Positions 12,001 to 32,385 of a stretch of 64,000 bases of DNA are shown in pieces. A program made the position numbers and the translations under genes. Location: contig CM106585.1 of the NCBI GenBank assembly GCA_048013815.1, positions 2,852,001-2,916,000 of the forward strand, in the 5' to 3' direction. The notes beneath the pieces were generated by a model. That model was not told the DNA's origin and did no database searches. It was given only the letters and a program-made list of their open reading frames with translations. This DNA comes from Setoptus koraiensis (Eukaryota > Animalia > Arthropoda). Each line of letters begins with the position of its first letter. Positions within the stretch are counted from its first letter, which is position 1.

Positions 12001-12320
12001 AATGGTTAATGGATCATGATGATGCCTATGACCTATCAAGTTATTCATAGTTGAGTGCTGCAAAATTTCCTCCTCGTTGTTCTCTGCCAACAACACTTGT
12101 GCCTCGCCTCTGTTACATATCACCTCATGTTTGGCTTACATCACAGCAGCACATTTATTCAATTTGTAGTGTGTAAAAGCGAGCCAAGCTTACGAGTCGA
12201 GACAGACACAAAGTTATGATATAACTTTTTGATCAATAGGCAGCCAGCGTACAGATGCAAATTACTTTATTCTTCTTCTGAAATATCGACAACAATCACT
12301 GGCTGGCCGTATGCCCAAAT

Positions 12321-12324
<4 letters not shown>

Positions 12325-12366
<42 letters not shown>
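12325..12366. repeat. (AG)21 microsatellite
   Basis: Direct reading; it explains the ERERERE in ORF 12229-12540. Confidence 0.95.
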
Positions 12367-12373
<7 letters not shown>

Positions 12374-15300
12374 ACATGGTTTATTTTTCCCATTCAAATC
12401 ACAATCAAATGGCAACACCTGACACATGTTTAAATTTGATGTTGTTCATTAGATGTGGCGCGTGTTGCCCGAATGGCATCACTCATGAACCTGGCGCCAC
12501 CTTTGCGCCATTGCCATCGGCTGCTGATATAATAATATGATAATATAATATCATTCGACGGCATTATACATCTTGGGCGCATGTATTATCATGATGAATG
12601 GTATAATGGCAGAAAAAGCTCGCCGTCTCCCGATCGCACTATCAAGCATCAGACGACAATTGTGACTCCAATGATGCAATAGGCATGGCTTTAGCGACTA
12701 CTAATAAAGGTACAGAACTTGCTAGCTGTTTGTCGTCGTCTTAATATGATTTGTTTGTTACTACATGGTGGTGCGCACATGTGTGTCAGTGTCTCCATGC
12801 CACTGTTACGTTCATTGGCGAGACGAGGCGCCTGGCAACTGCAAGTAATGCATAACTATCGAAAGTTTATGCAAGCTGTTTATGCAAAAAACAAAGTGTA
12901 GTTGCAGTAGTAGATTAATTAATACAGATAACACGCTGCAGTCATTAGTGTTTGTTTGTTGAGCGTGCTCGCCGGTCGTCGTTGCTGTGAGCACTTGTCA
13001 GCCATTGGTTCACAAGTCAGCCGATTGTCAGCGCAACATTTGGCACAACATTCAGCAATAGCGATAACAACAGCAACAGCTACGACAAAGTTGCGTAATT
13101 GGATTGTTCGAGAAGGCCAGCCACTGGAACAATGTGCCGGGGCTGCTTCGTCGAACGCTCCGACGATTGTTTTTTGCGCTGCCATTTTGTGCGTTAGCAC
13201 ACGTTTAGCCAAAAGGTGCACACATGCAGCGCGAGCGGCAAGATTATATAATCTACTGGATATGGTATTATATAATAGTAGTAATAGCTCAACAAAGCTC
13301 CATCATGCAAATGTGATACATTGACATGATTGTTAGCAATCATATTTTACAATGTTAATGCGCCGCCAGCCAATCACGTGTTTGCTCACTATTAGTCACT
13401 GTGCGCCATGAGCTTGTCACCTCTATGCCAAAGCCCGCGTATGCACACAAGTTAACGAGCTAGCGAGCTAGTGAGCTGGTGAGCCGGCGAGTGTGAGCCA
13501 GCTGAGGGCGCAAGCTGGCTGTTGTTTAGACAGCGGAGACACACACACTCTCTCGAAGCGAATCTTGACGGCGGCGGCGATAAATCAAGGTTTGCACACA
13601 GCTCGTCTCTTGGTTCTCGTAACACTGACACACTGGCATTAATTCACTTGTTGGCGAGCAACTGATTGCAGCTGATTGCATGGGCCAGATTGTGTGGATG
13701 GTACACGGCTGATTGGCAGTGTGGCGGTGGTGGTGGTCGTTGTTGGCGACGGCGGCAAGACACTCACAATAACTTGTTGTTGTTGTTGTTGTTGTTGCCA
13801 TTGCAGGGCTTCCACTAGGCGCGGTGCATGCTTGATTGTGTGCACCAATTGGCAGTTGTGCAAGCAAGCAAGCAGAGTGCAATCAGTTGGCGTTGTAAGA
13901 CACGCCATCTTGCCAATCGCGATAACACACACACACTCATAATGGGCGAGTTGAGCAACGATCGAGTGATTAGAGTTGAGTCGGCTGACTGGCTGTTGCG
14001 GCGCTGGCTCCAGTTAAGCCACTCGCCGACTGTCGGTGCATCTTGCAGCCAACGAGTGCCCATACTATTATTAGCTGGCTCATTGGCGAGCTAGCCGTTT
14101 ATTATAACTGCGGATTAGACACTTGTTGCTATATGTAAGTTATGTGTAAGCTATGTGTGTGTGCGTGTATCGTACTATGCGTACGGCTAACTGGCTGGCT
14201 GGCTGGCTGGCGCCTCCCCCGCACACAAATTAGTATGTGCGGCTTGTGTAATATAGAGATTGATCTTGATCTCGTCGGCGCTCTCTCTCTCTCTCTCTCT
14301 CGCCCTGTAATGTAGTCAGCTGATAATGCGCGAATGCTAATCAATTAATGGCCAGCCAAAGGGGTCTAATCGGGCTAACGCTCAGCCGAGTGAGCGACGG
14401 CTGGCTGGCCGACCGGCTCCATGATGCATGCGCTGAGTGCATCCACTGAGCGCGGAGACCGCATTGCAGCGGCTGCAACGGCTTCAACGGCTGCGACGGC
14501 TAGACAACTCACAAGCTGCGAGTGGGCAATTGGGCGAACAAGTTGAGCCGATCTGGCTGTTTGAACAGCCAGAAACAGCCAGAGCGACCCAGACACTCTG
14601 GCACCGCCGCACTCGCTCAAGTAGAGCATGCGGCAGACCAGATCAGACATGACAACGCAGCGCATCGCAACGCAGCAGCGGCGGCGCCAGCAGTGGCATC
14701 GGCGCAACGTAACGCAACGTCACTTGCAAACGGCAAGACCGAGTAGCGCAGTTAGCAGAGATCGAACTAATAATTTTTCTGTCCGCCTGCGATGAAACTT
14801 GAATAGAACTACTTACTTTTGCCACTTGTGTGTGCCGCTGGCGAGCGAGGGGCAGGCAAGCAGGCAGCGGGCGCGCGAGGGGCAGGCAGCGGCGCGCGGC
14901 CGAGTAAAAGTGGCGGCAAGCGAAAGTCGAACAGCGCTCATTAGAGGTAGCGAACTTTTAACTGCCCCAACTGTAGCGGCGGCGGTGGCGGCGGTGGCGG
15001 CGGCCAGCAGCGGCGGAGTAGGCGACTCACTTTTATACTTTTATGCTTGCTCAACTGGCTCGCTTGTTAACTGGCTGCACAACTTGTGGGCCACAAGTGA
15101 GCTGCAGACGAGTTATCGAATGTTAGGTGAACATTGTGTGCTCAGGCGCCTGAAGCAGCCGAAAACTAGTTGCTCATCTAACGCGCATGCAAGAAAAGAT
15201 GGGTTAGTGGTAGTAGCGTCGTGTCCTCGCTGTGTGTTAGCAGCCAGTGCGTTAGCAGCCAGTGCGCTAATGTTGATTGTGTGTGTAATCATTGTCAACG

Positions 15301-15846
15301 GCATATCATATATCATTAGTGGCGCTAGTCGCACCACTAATGCCAGCTGCACACTCAACACGGCGCTACAGTATGCGTTGCAGTATGCGTAGTGGTGCCA
15401 CAGTGCAGTGAGTGCGGTGTGGTCGCCAGTAAAGTTGAGTTGGATTTAAGGTGTAGCGCTGCCAAAAATCGAACAAACTGCACACTCTCGCGCTGGTGCC
15501 ATAGGGTTGGTACTTGCTGGTAGCGGCCATTACACTCAAGACGCGCCGAGCGCATGCGACCATACGCAACATGCCGCTTACTGCTTACTGCGGATAGCAT
15601 GCACTGCTCTGCCACACACTCACACCGGGCCGCGCGTCTCATGGCTCAGCCGGCTCACGGCGGCTCAAGCGCCTGAGCTGCTCGGCGCTTGGCGAGCCGC
15701 TTTGAGCTGCCTTGGTGCGCTGCTTGGTGCGCTGCAGACACGCAAGAGCCGATTGAATTTAGTTCGCTATCCCTTTCTCACTCTCGCTCGCCATGCCTCT
15801 GCCACTATTGCTGACTGATTGTGAGTCCCCCCCCCCGTTGCCCTCC

Positions 15847-15942
15847 TGAGCCCTATAAGCACTGTGAGCCCTATGAGCACCGTGAGCCCTATCGGCACTG
15901 CGAGACCTGTGAGACCTGCCAGCGCCTGAGACCCGTGAGCCC
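15847..15942. repeat. Minisatellite: 18-nt unit TGAGCCCTATNNGCACYG x3, then 9-nt GAGACC-containing units
   Basis: 15847-15864, 15865-15882, 15883-15900, then cgagacctg tgagacctg ... tgagacccg tgagccc. Confidence 0.85.
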
Positions 15943-16299
15943 AGCGCCACCACCGACAACAACAACAATGACAACAACCAGCCGAAACAGGAGAGCAGCA
16001 GAGCAGCAACCGAGGACCAACCAGCATTGACGACAATAATTCCATGAGCGTCTCACTCTCGTCGGCACACACACACCAGTCTCATCATTATATCGATCGG
16101 CGTAGATCGATCAGATTTTATCCATTTTATCCAACCTTCCCCACGACACGCACACACGCACGACAACAACAACATCAAGGGCTATCATTGTAATAGTTTC
16201 GTAATTGTTGCACTTGTTGACTTGAGTCATTATATTGTGTGCCGTCTCGTTATCATCACGAACACCACAAATTGCGTCAAACTAATTAATGTTGTGACA

Positions 16300-16419
16300 T
16301 TAGCAGCACACACACACACACACACACACAACAAATTAGCCGCTTAGCTAGCTTATCTCTGACACTTCTCATTATTTTTTATGATTTAATGTTGAGCAGA
16401 AAAAATTCATTCATTTATT

Positions 16420-16456
<37 letters not shown>

Positions 16457-17167
16457 GATTCCACAATAGATTAAATTTACGTGAATTTATAATACAACAA
16501 AAACTTGTTGTGCTCATACACACACAACAGCAGATTATCTTAGCGACGTTCACCAAAAAAAGCGCAAGATTATACAATCTTTCGATCGATACATTATTGA
16601 TCGCGCCTGATTCAGCTACACTAGTTAGTAAATTTGTCCACGGTTAGAATAGTGTGCAAAAGTCGTGCCTAGCGAAAGCATACCTCCCACAGAACACACA
16701 CACACACACACACACACTTGATGATAGAACTGCAAATGCAAATTGCTCCGGATATTCCTCATTAATCGTCGTCATTATTACTTGCTATACATTTAGACAG
16801 ATTTATCATCAGCGAGACAGACGCGCATGACATGCACACGTCTATATATACGAGCAACAAAATATAAAACCGCCCTCATTCATTGAAACATCAAACTAGC
16901 TAACTGTTAAATCATTACACACACACACACGTTGATATATCATCACTCCAGATATCAACACGCACATATTATACACACACACAAACTGATTTATATATAA
17001 TTATATATATATAAATTAAATAGCAAAGTAACAAGTACATTCGACACTTAGGAATTGATTGATTCAAAACTTCATATTATTGTTTGAATCAGCATTTAGA
17101 ATTTAGAGTAAATAATAAGAGATATATACAAATTCATATATACATATATACACGCATACATACACTC

Positions 17168-17198
<31 letters not shown>

Positions 17199-17200
17199 CA
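16300..17200. repeat. Cluster of (AC)n and (TA)n microsatellites just upstream of FASN
   Basis: (AC)n runs near 16308-16331, 16423-16452 and 16695-16717; (TA)n near 17168-17198. Confidence 0.9.
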
Positions 17201-17215
17201 GTGATTAACAACTAA

Positions 17216-25180
<7,965 letters not shown>

Positions 25181-26854
25181 ATGCGATCATGTTCATCGTC
25201 CTATTATCTCTCTACAGTTAGTAAATATATAAAATAAATGTGTGTGTTTGTGTATGTGTGTGTTTTGTATGCTAAACTTTGAAAAAAATGGATACAAATC
25301 AATTATATTACGGTTAAATTTTTTTTTATAAACTCATTCGTTATCGTTCATAATTTTCTATCCAACAATACCTTTCAACGGTCTGAAAGTTGCTTGCGTA
25401 TCATTGAAGATTTCTAATATCTGCTCTCGACAATTTGAAAAATTGGCAAGTTTTGTGGGTTTGCTAGGTGTTAAGGGCAAGCAGATCAGTTGCTGAACTA
25501 TTTACAAGTACCTTTCACACACATCACGAGAACAAATAACAAGTTACCGCAATCATTCCTAGATCAACCACTTACACCATAACAAGAGACCCCAAGCTTC
25601 CTGTTCCGCGCACAACGCATACGAATTCTCAACTGACAGCTCAATAATGAATTAAAGCTAGAAAACTGGGGTAGCCTCATCTTGGTTGATTGGCCTAGGA
25701 GTGGTAAGCCCCTCTTGGCTGATATGCTGTTTTCATGGTTCCTATAGTGAAATCAACATGAATTTTTGATTTCGATTCTTTACATGTGTTGGCTTCGGTG
25801 ACTCATGCAAGACTAACAGCTTGGACAAAGAACCGAGGCGATTAACGAGGCGCTTGAAAATCATTACGGAAACACCCAAAATATCATCGATTATCGCTGG
25901 CGATATCAAGATAGACATACGTATATAATTTAATCGAGCATGAAAATGAATGTTTGTTACAGAATATAAATCAGTTATCTAGCCGTTGCATTGTGGTTTT
26001 ATTATGTAACACGTGCTGTGTGTTTCACTGTGAATCAAGAATTCTGAATTCATTGACTTTTGTAATTCGCGGTTGTTATTCTCGTTTTGAGGATTCTCGT
26101 TGCGAGGATTTCTACTACACTGTGTGATCATAATGTACCATTGACAATTGTATTGTAAATTGGAAATAGATTGAAGAGATGCAATATCACAGAGACATTT
26201 AGATTGAATGACACTTACAATTGTCCACAATAATAATATCTATATCCCACTGCTCGAATATAACCAATCATTCATTACCAGGCTAACAGCTGATATGAGA
26301 GACCATAGGTAAATAAAAACAGATCATTATTACTCTTCAAGTCTGTATTCGGGGGTTTACCATTACTCGCTACCATAAATCAAAGACCAAGTAGTGGTAG
26401 TCGAATAATTGGAGCACCTTTCAATGGCTAATAGCAGGCCAAAATTTCAATTCCCACATCAATTATTAAGCCCAACCTATTGAAGTTTATAATTTCGACT
26501 GAAATCTCATTGTCAACTTACAACATAACCCTATTTCTCCCTATTGTGTTTTGGATCTTTTATGGATAAATTAGTGGCCATTGGGATTGTCAACTAGCAA
26601 TTGCCTCATGATATTGTTTAGCATCTATTTGCAATAATATTATCTCTAAGCCCGTCTTGTGATAGTGACATAGTCTACATAATATTCATTTATTATCGTC
26701 TATTAGACTTATTTAGTCTTCACAAATAACAAGACGCATCAAAATTGAAATCAATGCTGATCAATATTATTAATCAGAGCAATATTATTTTATCAACTCA
26801 TTATTACCATTATTATACTAGACATCACTATTATATCCATTTGATAAAGCGACC

Positions 26855-28902
26855 ATGACGGCTAAGGAAGATCTGCCAAGTGAAATAAGGTTCCCAAATA
26901 TAGAGTCTACTTATCATTTGAAATGGGTACAGTGGAATAGTGGCAGGGTGCCAATAGTTATGCAACGTATCAATGGTCCATGCCCGCTCATAGCCATCAT
27001 GAACGTCTTACTGTTCCGTGAGAAAGTTAAACTGCCGCCAATGCTGGAACAAATTACAGCCCACCAATTGATGACATTTCTGGGTGAATGTATAATGGAC
27101 AGTGTACCAGAGGATATGCAAAACAATGAAGATGCCCTCTTAAATCTTGAGCAGAATATCCACGATGCAATAGAAATACTGCCAAAACTGCAAACTGGTC
27201 TCGATGTTAATATTAGATTCTCCGGTATATCTGATTTTGAATACACCCCAGAGTGTATTATCTTCGACCTACTGCGCATTCCTCTATTTCATGGTTGGCT
27301 AAGTGATCCTAGTATGCCAGAGGTACAACGAGTAGTCGGAAACCTAAGCTATAACCAACTAGTAGATAGTATCATAACAGGTAAAACGTCTATTGAACCT
27401 GAGATTGCTGCTCGTGTTCTAATAGCTGAAGATTTTCTCGAAAAAACTGCTAGTCAATTAACACATTATGGCTTAAGCCAATTGAAGGATCAGATCAAAG
27501 ACAATGAACTTGGCATCTTGTTCAGAAATAATCACTTTGTTACCTTATTCAAGAGAGATGTAAGTCTTCTTACTACCTTCACCATCACTGCTTAACATAT
27601 ATGCTCTTCACATTCGATTTTAGGCATATCATTAATTCTTAAAATATTTATCTATTTTGCTTTTTTCTATGTATTTATTTCCTCTTATAACATTAGGGCA
27701 ACCTATATCAACTAGTCACTGATCACGGATTCTTGACTGAGAGTATCATTTGGGAGACTCTGGATAATATCGAAGGTGACGGCAAATTCGTCGATTGTAA
27801 CTTTGAAACCATCGATATCAAAGACAGAGAGGCAGCATCTCTCGATAAGAAACTACAACAACTAGAGAATGATTATTTAATGGCTTTGAGTCTCAAAGAG
27901 GAAGAATCGGAAGGCACGGGTCAGATCGATAATCGGCCCCTTGATTGGACTACATTTCCGTCTGAAAAAAAGAATGGAATTAACACATTTTCAGATTCAT
28001 CGAAAGAGTGGATCGAGGAGAGTGATTTCAAGTTAGCCCAACGATTACAGGAAGAAGAGACTAGAATGTATCAAGCACAGCCAGCGACAATGCTCACAAA
28101 ACCTGATATCGTCATTGATAATCATTGTGAGGAGCATGATTGCAGAGAGCACGACTCGCAGAATCTTCCACCTAGTCCAGAACCCGGACCTAGCCGTGCT
28201 GAAAGTGTTATAAATGTACAAGCAGACACCAGAACTACTGAAAATTCTGACCAACAATTGATTCGCGAAGATCTTGTCAACGATGCCCAGCAACCTAGTG
28301 CTGTCAATAGTCAATCTAGATCTTCAGAACATGAGGACACGTCCTCGTGTCAACAAGGGTTAGCTGATGCTATAGTTGAACAATCATGCGAACCTTCAAG
28401 GAATGCAGTCAACAAGCTGCACTCGAGTGCTTCAGAGTGTCTATTAGCAGACTCTGACTATTCCCATCTTGGAGGAAATCCAGAGAATCAATCTCACCCT
28501 GTAGGAACTTTCGACGAAGATTTAGAGACTCGTCAACGAAGAGCTTCTCACAATCAGTCCATTCTAGCTGCTGCTGCTGCTCAAGTGCCAACTGTAGATG
28601 CTCGATTGCATCATCAGCAAAACTCTTTACCTGGAAGACCTAACAGTTCTAAGTTGCCCCGCGCTCCTCTCCGCTCGTCCGATAATAACAAAAGTGTATG
28701 TACAGATTACAGAGCCTAAGCGACATTCAACAATGTGGACTTTCCATCGTAACATACTAACACGAACCATCTCTCTCCCCTCTCTGTCTTGTTTCCCTTG
28801 TCTATCTAACCATTCTTATCTATCTGTTAACATTGAATGTAACACTAATTCTAACACGACGAACCTGGAATTTCCTAATGAATCAAGTGCGCTTTGATGT
28901 GA
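26855..28902 (+). CDS. MINDY1: MINDY1/2 (FAM63) deubiquitinase, 572 aa; exons 26855-27559, 27697-28695, 28888-28902 (the last is inferred; without it the ORF ends at 28719)
   Basis: Catalytic NGPCPLIAIMNVL and LFRNNHF; intron 27560-27696 joins to GNLYQLVTDHGFL..IIWETL; MIU-like DYLMALSL and DFKLAQRLQEEE; a spliced terminal exon encodes CALM-stop (CaaX). Confidence 0.92.
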
Positions 28903-29135
28903 ACCTTTATTCATATCGGACAAATGCTATAGAATACTATTAATTCATTAATTTAATGATGAAAATTCATGTCGGGACGCAAAAGAAAAAATCATCAGAC
29001 TATCTGAAACATACTAATGTGATCTAATAAATGGTTGCCAACCCGTAAAATAAATAATTAATATCTCTCTGTCATGCTTGTAAGAAATTAGAATAGAAGA
29101 AACCAAGAGCTAACCTCAGGAAACAGTAGATGATA

Positions 29136-29158
29136 TGAGATCATTTTGTGTAGCTGCT
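29136..29158 (-). promoter_or_regulatory. Candidate extended bantam miRNA target site in the putative DNase II 3' UTR
   Basis: Plus strand TGAGATCATTTTG-TGT-AGCTG matches bantam (UGAGAUCAUUUUGAAAGCUGAUU) at nt 1-13 and 16-20, so the minus strand is complementary. It lies about 115 nt past the DNase II stop and upstream of a minus-strand AATAAA at 28906-28911. Confidence 0.4.
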
Positions 29159-29271
29159 ACAGGTGCACATACTTGTCATGTCCATCACAGATTTCTATTC
29201 AGAATTATCACAATCAATATGGTTTTGAGTGAACGGATAGTATGTCTGAAGAGAAGTTTGGCTGGGATTAA

Positions 29272-30758
29272 CTAACAATTTTCGATTTGTCCAATTGTAT
29301 TCCTGAAGACATTCCATCCTCTGTCACTTTCAATACAGACTATGCCACCACCCCTTCTGAATTGTGAATGCATTCTGTTTATATCACCAATGCAAACATG
29401 GCCAGGATCTTCTTTTTGGGTTATGGCCCACTTAGAATGGTCGTGAGTATATCGCCAATCAATCTGTTTTGAAGCTATATCAATCTTCAATCCACTGACA
29501 TTGTTGACTTTGTGAGCATGTAATGGACAAGATGAGTTGAGTGGGCTTCCGCCACCATTGCGCCAGGTTTCAACGAATAGATCGCTATCCAATTCATTGA
29601 CCAACCAATCTGCGTACAGATCTCTTTGGAAATTCCTAGATTTAGAAAATAAGTTCAACTGTTGTCCTCCATAAGTTTCGATGGTCTGGTGGAGGTGATC
29701 ATCTTTGACACTGGTTCTCCCTCTAATAGTTCTTCTGTGTAAATTACCAGAATGTCCTAACTTCAAATTTCTAAACTCTGGAATTATATCTAAAAGTTTT
29801 GCACTTAATCGATGGTCATAAATTTGAGGTTTCATTGTGACTAGATGTTTGGCTATGTTATCTCCAGTTTTTGTCAAGTCGAATGTCACACACATGAATG
29901 TTTGTCCATTTACAGCCGCATTCTTTTCAAACTTCAAATCGTTTATGTGTTGTGGCGGAAACCTCGGGGTCTATAGGGTATCGAGAAATGGAGAGAATAA
30001 TAGTTGAGTAATTATATTAGGAGTTGTTTTATGATGATACGCAATTATGGATTTCTTGTTACATAATTTACCGAATGGGTTAACCAGATTCCTATTTTGG
30101 ATGTTTCGTCCATTAAAACAACACCTTTGGAGTGGGCATAATCATCATTGCTTGTGGGTCCTCCGGCTGGAGGTTGATCATTATAAAATATCAGATTCAA
30201 GCTATCATCAGACCTTCCGGCTGACTTCTTGAAAGCTGGTCTAAGTGTTCGAAAAATTATCGAGTCGTCGTCTTTGATTAGTCTATCAGAAAGAGTCCAA
30301 TGAGAGTTTTGATCTCTACGGCTCTTTTTCTCATCTGACTGTGATCTCCTTGGATTCTCATCTGACTGTGATCTCCTTGAATTCTCCTCATTGTAACACC
30401 CATTATCTCTCGTGGGGAACAAACATCCATAAAATAGCCTTGATAGAGAAAATTGATTTCGATGAACCGCTGGTTTATCTTTTGTTTTATTGAGTTTGGA
30501 TCGATGCCCACTCGACTGGTCACTCATTATGTAGCCATAAGCGTACCCAGAACCCAGACTTGCGTCATTAATAGTTTCGTGTACCTCAGGGAATTTGTAG
30601 GCTATGAACCAGTCAACAGATTTTCCATCTTCGTTTAAGCAAGATAATTCTGTTGATGTCACGAGCGACAATTTTCCATCTAGTGTCGAACAAATAATGA
30701 ATATTGTCCCCAGGATGGTCGACAAAGTGTAAAATTCGAATACTTCGGACACTAGCAT
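29272..30758 (-). CDS. DNaseII: Deoxyribonuclease II (acid DNase, PLD fold), 461 aa; exons 30758-30072 and 29970-29272
   Basis: Hydrophobic N-terminus, SCLNEDGKSVDWFIAYKFP, first HxK motif HSKG, intron 30071-29971 (GTAAAT...CTATAG, 101 nt) giving WLTHS|TPRFPP, NGQTFMCVTF, second motif DHSKWA, CIGDINRM.SQF.RGGG.VC. Confidence 0.95.
30328..30386. repeat. 27-nt tandem repeat (x2.2) inside the DNase II coding insertion
   Basis: ttctcatctgactgtgatctccttg(g/a)a twice; encodes the repeated (S/P)RRSQSDE(N/K) peptide on the minus strand. Confidence 0.9.
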
Positions 30759-32366
30759 GGCTGTAATTGTGTTATTGTGAATTATTCATTTATACTGTAA
30801 AACTGAAAAGATTTATTAAATGCTCGCCGCAATTGGAGACGTAGCAAAACAAGCATTCAGATATATTTGATATTCGTGAGTGTTCATTTCGACATCAGAT
30901 GTTGTTTGCAGTGAGCGAGTCAATCAAAGATAACAGTGATGATATGTATGATCTATCTTATTTATCTTGCAAGATCTTCATCTCTTGACTTATAACAATA
31001 ATTGATTCCATCTAAGCTGATTATGAATCTTATATTAACAACAGATAGAACTACAAATAGAAGTGTGCCATTCAAATAAGCGGGATCAATATCTATCACC
31101 CACTGCTGACAAGATGTATTCAACCATCAGAATAGATACGATTTGTGTACATTCTTTGCCTGATACCTGGTGACTTGATGCTGACTAGGCAGTCTTGGTC
31201 GGTCTACTGATAACGCATAGATAGACAGATGTTATCAGCCTAAAGAATTTTACTACTTTGACTTTGCTAAATAGACAATAAGCTAATTATCTAAACAGAT
31301 GTCAATCAACTAGATAAAATTTACAAGTGCAGAATGTACAGGATAACTTTAATCGTGGATCAATCATATAATTTGTGTGATATCTGTTGTATCATATATC
31401 TATTGAATCATTAGTTTTTAACGTTTGGCCAGCCTCTCGTTATCTATTGATGTCTACGTGAGTGGTCGTGATATCAGTTGTGAAACTTTTCAGTTTGATA
31501 GTGATTGGAAAATGAATAACATTTGAAAACAATCAGTTTATCATTCTGAGCACCAACGAAAGGTTTCTGACAAGGTCAGTCGAACTATGTTGTTGTCTAA
31601 TGTAATTTGCGAAGTGAAGTTTCAAATAGATACTTGTAACTTTGAAATTTTCAAAAAGTTTCTAAATATCGCCAATTTATGTTTTTTAAGCTAACCGTGC
31701 TGGAAGCTTTATTCCTGTGTAGGTCACCATTATCGGAGTAAGTGAGTCATGAAAACTGAGGTATGAATGAAATTCTTGCAAAAACACCAATCGATTTATG
31801 GATAGATCGGCTTCGATTTATGTATCATAGGGTGACATATAACGCGGTTGTGCAGTGAAATGATTGGGCTCACCTGAGCGTAGAACAAATTGTGAGTCGG
31901 CCTGTAAAGAGTGCATTTTAGAGAGATTGACGACAAAGACAGTGGAATAGATGACGAATGTTTGAACCGTTTGTCATTGGGTGGCTCTCACTGAGTGTGT
32001 TGTTAGCAAGCACCATTGTGATGAGCTCATGCTCATCACAATGCTGACAATAACGAAGATAATGGAGCGCGCGTTTAATTGTTGGTGTTACTGTTGCACG
32101 TTCCAAAAGAACGAGGTCATCATAGCATCGGTACGTGGCATCAGTAGCGTGAGAAAGCAACGGCATGTGCTCACACACACACGCACGTACGCACGTAGAA
32201 AACATGTGACTTGGACACAAGAACAAACACACAGACACACGTTTACCGGCGTGGACGTCGAAGGAGGAGGGCAAGGGAGCACGTGCCAGATGCCGTTACT
32301 TGGGAGCAACTTGTTGCCGTGCGACCGGCGCACTAGTAGCAACGCGTGCTAATATGTGTCAGTGGG

Positions 32367-32385
32367 GCGCGCGCGCGCGCGCGCG
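32367..32385. repeat. (GC)9G alternating tract, Z-DNA prone
   Basis: Direct reading; a second interrupted CG tract lies at about 33013-33036. Confidence 0.85.

Noticed and set aside
13716-13740. TGGCAGTGTGG as miR-34
   Set aside because: Only the first 11 nt match; the remainder is a GGT repeat with no hairpin.
14597-14642. Imperfect 46-nt hairpin as pre-miRNA
   Set aside because: Too short and bulged, expected by chance in GC-rich DNA, and no known mature sequence.
12700-16100. Many overlapping 60-200 aa ORFs
   Set aside because: They occur in all six frames, derive from trinucleotide runs and GC-rich composition, and show no domain signature.
25755-25865. AATTTTTGA Sm-like site plus CCGAGGCG...TTGAAAA as U4 snRNA
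   Set aside because: Elements are in the wrong order and spacing, and the U6-pairing 5' sequence is absent.
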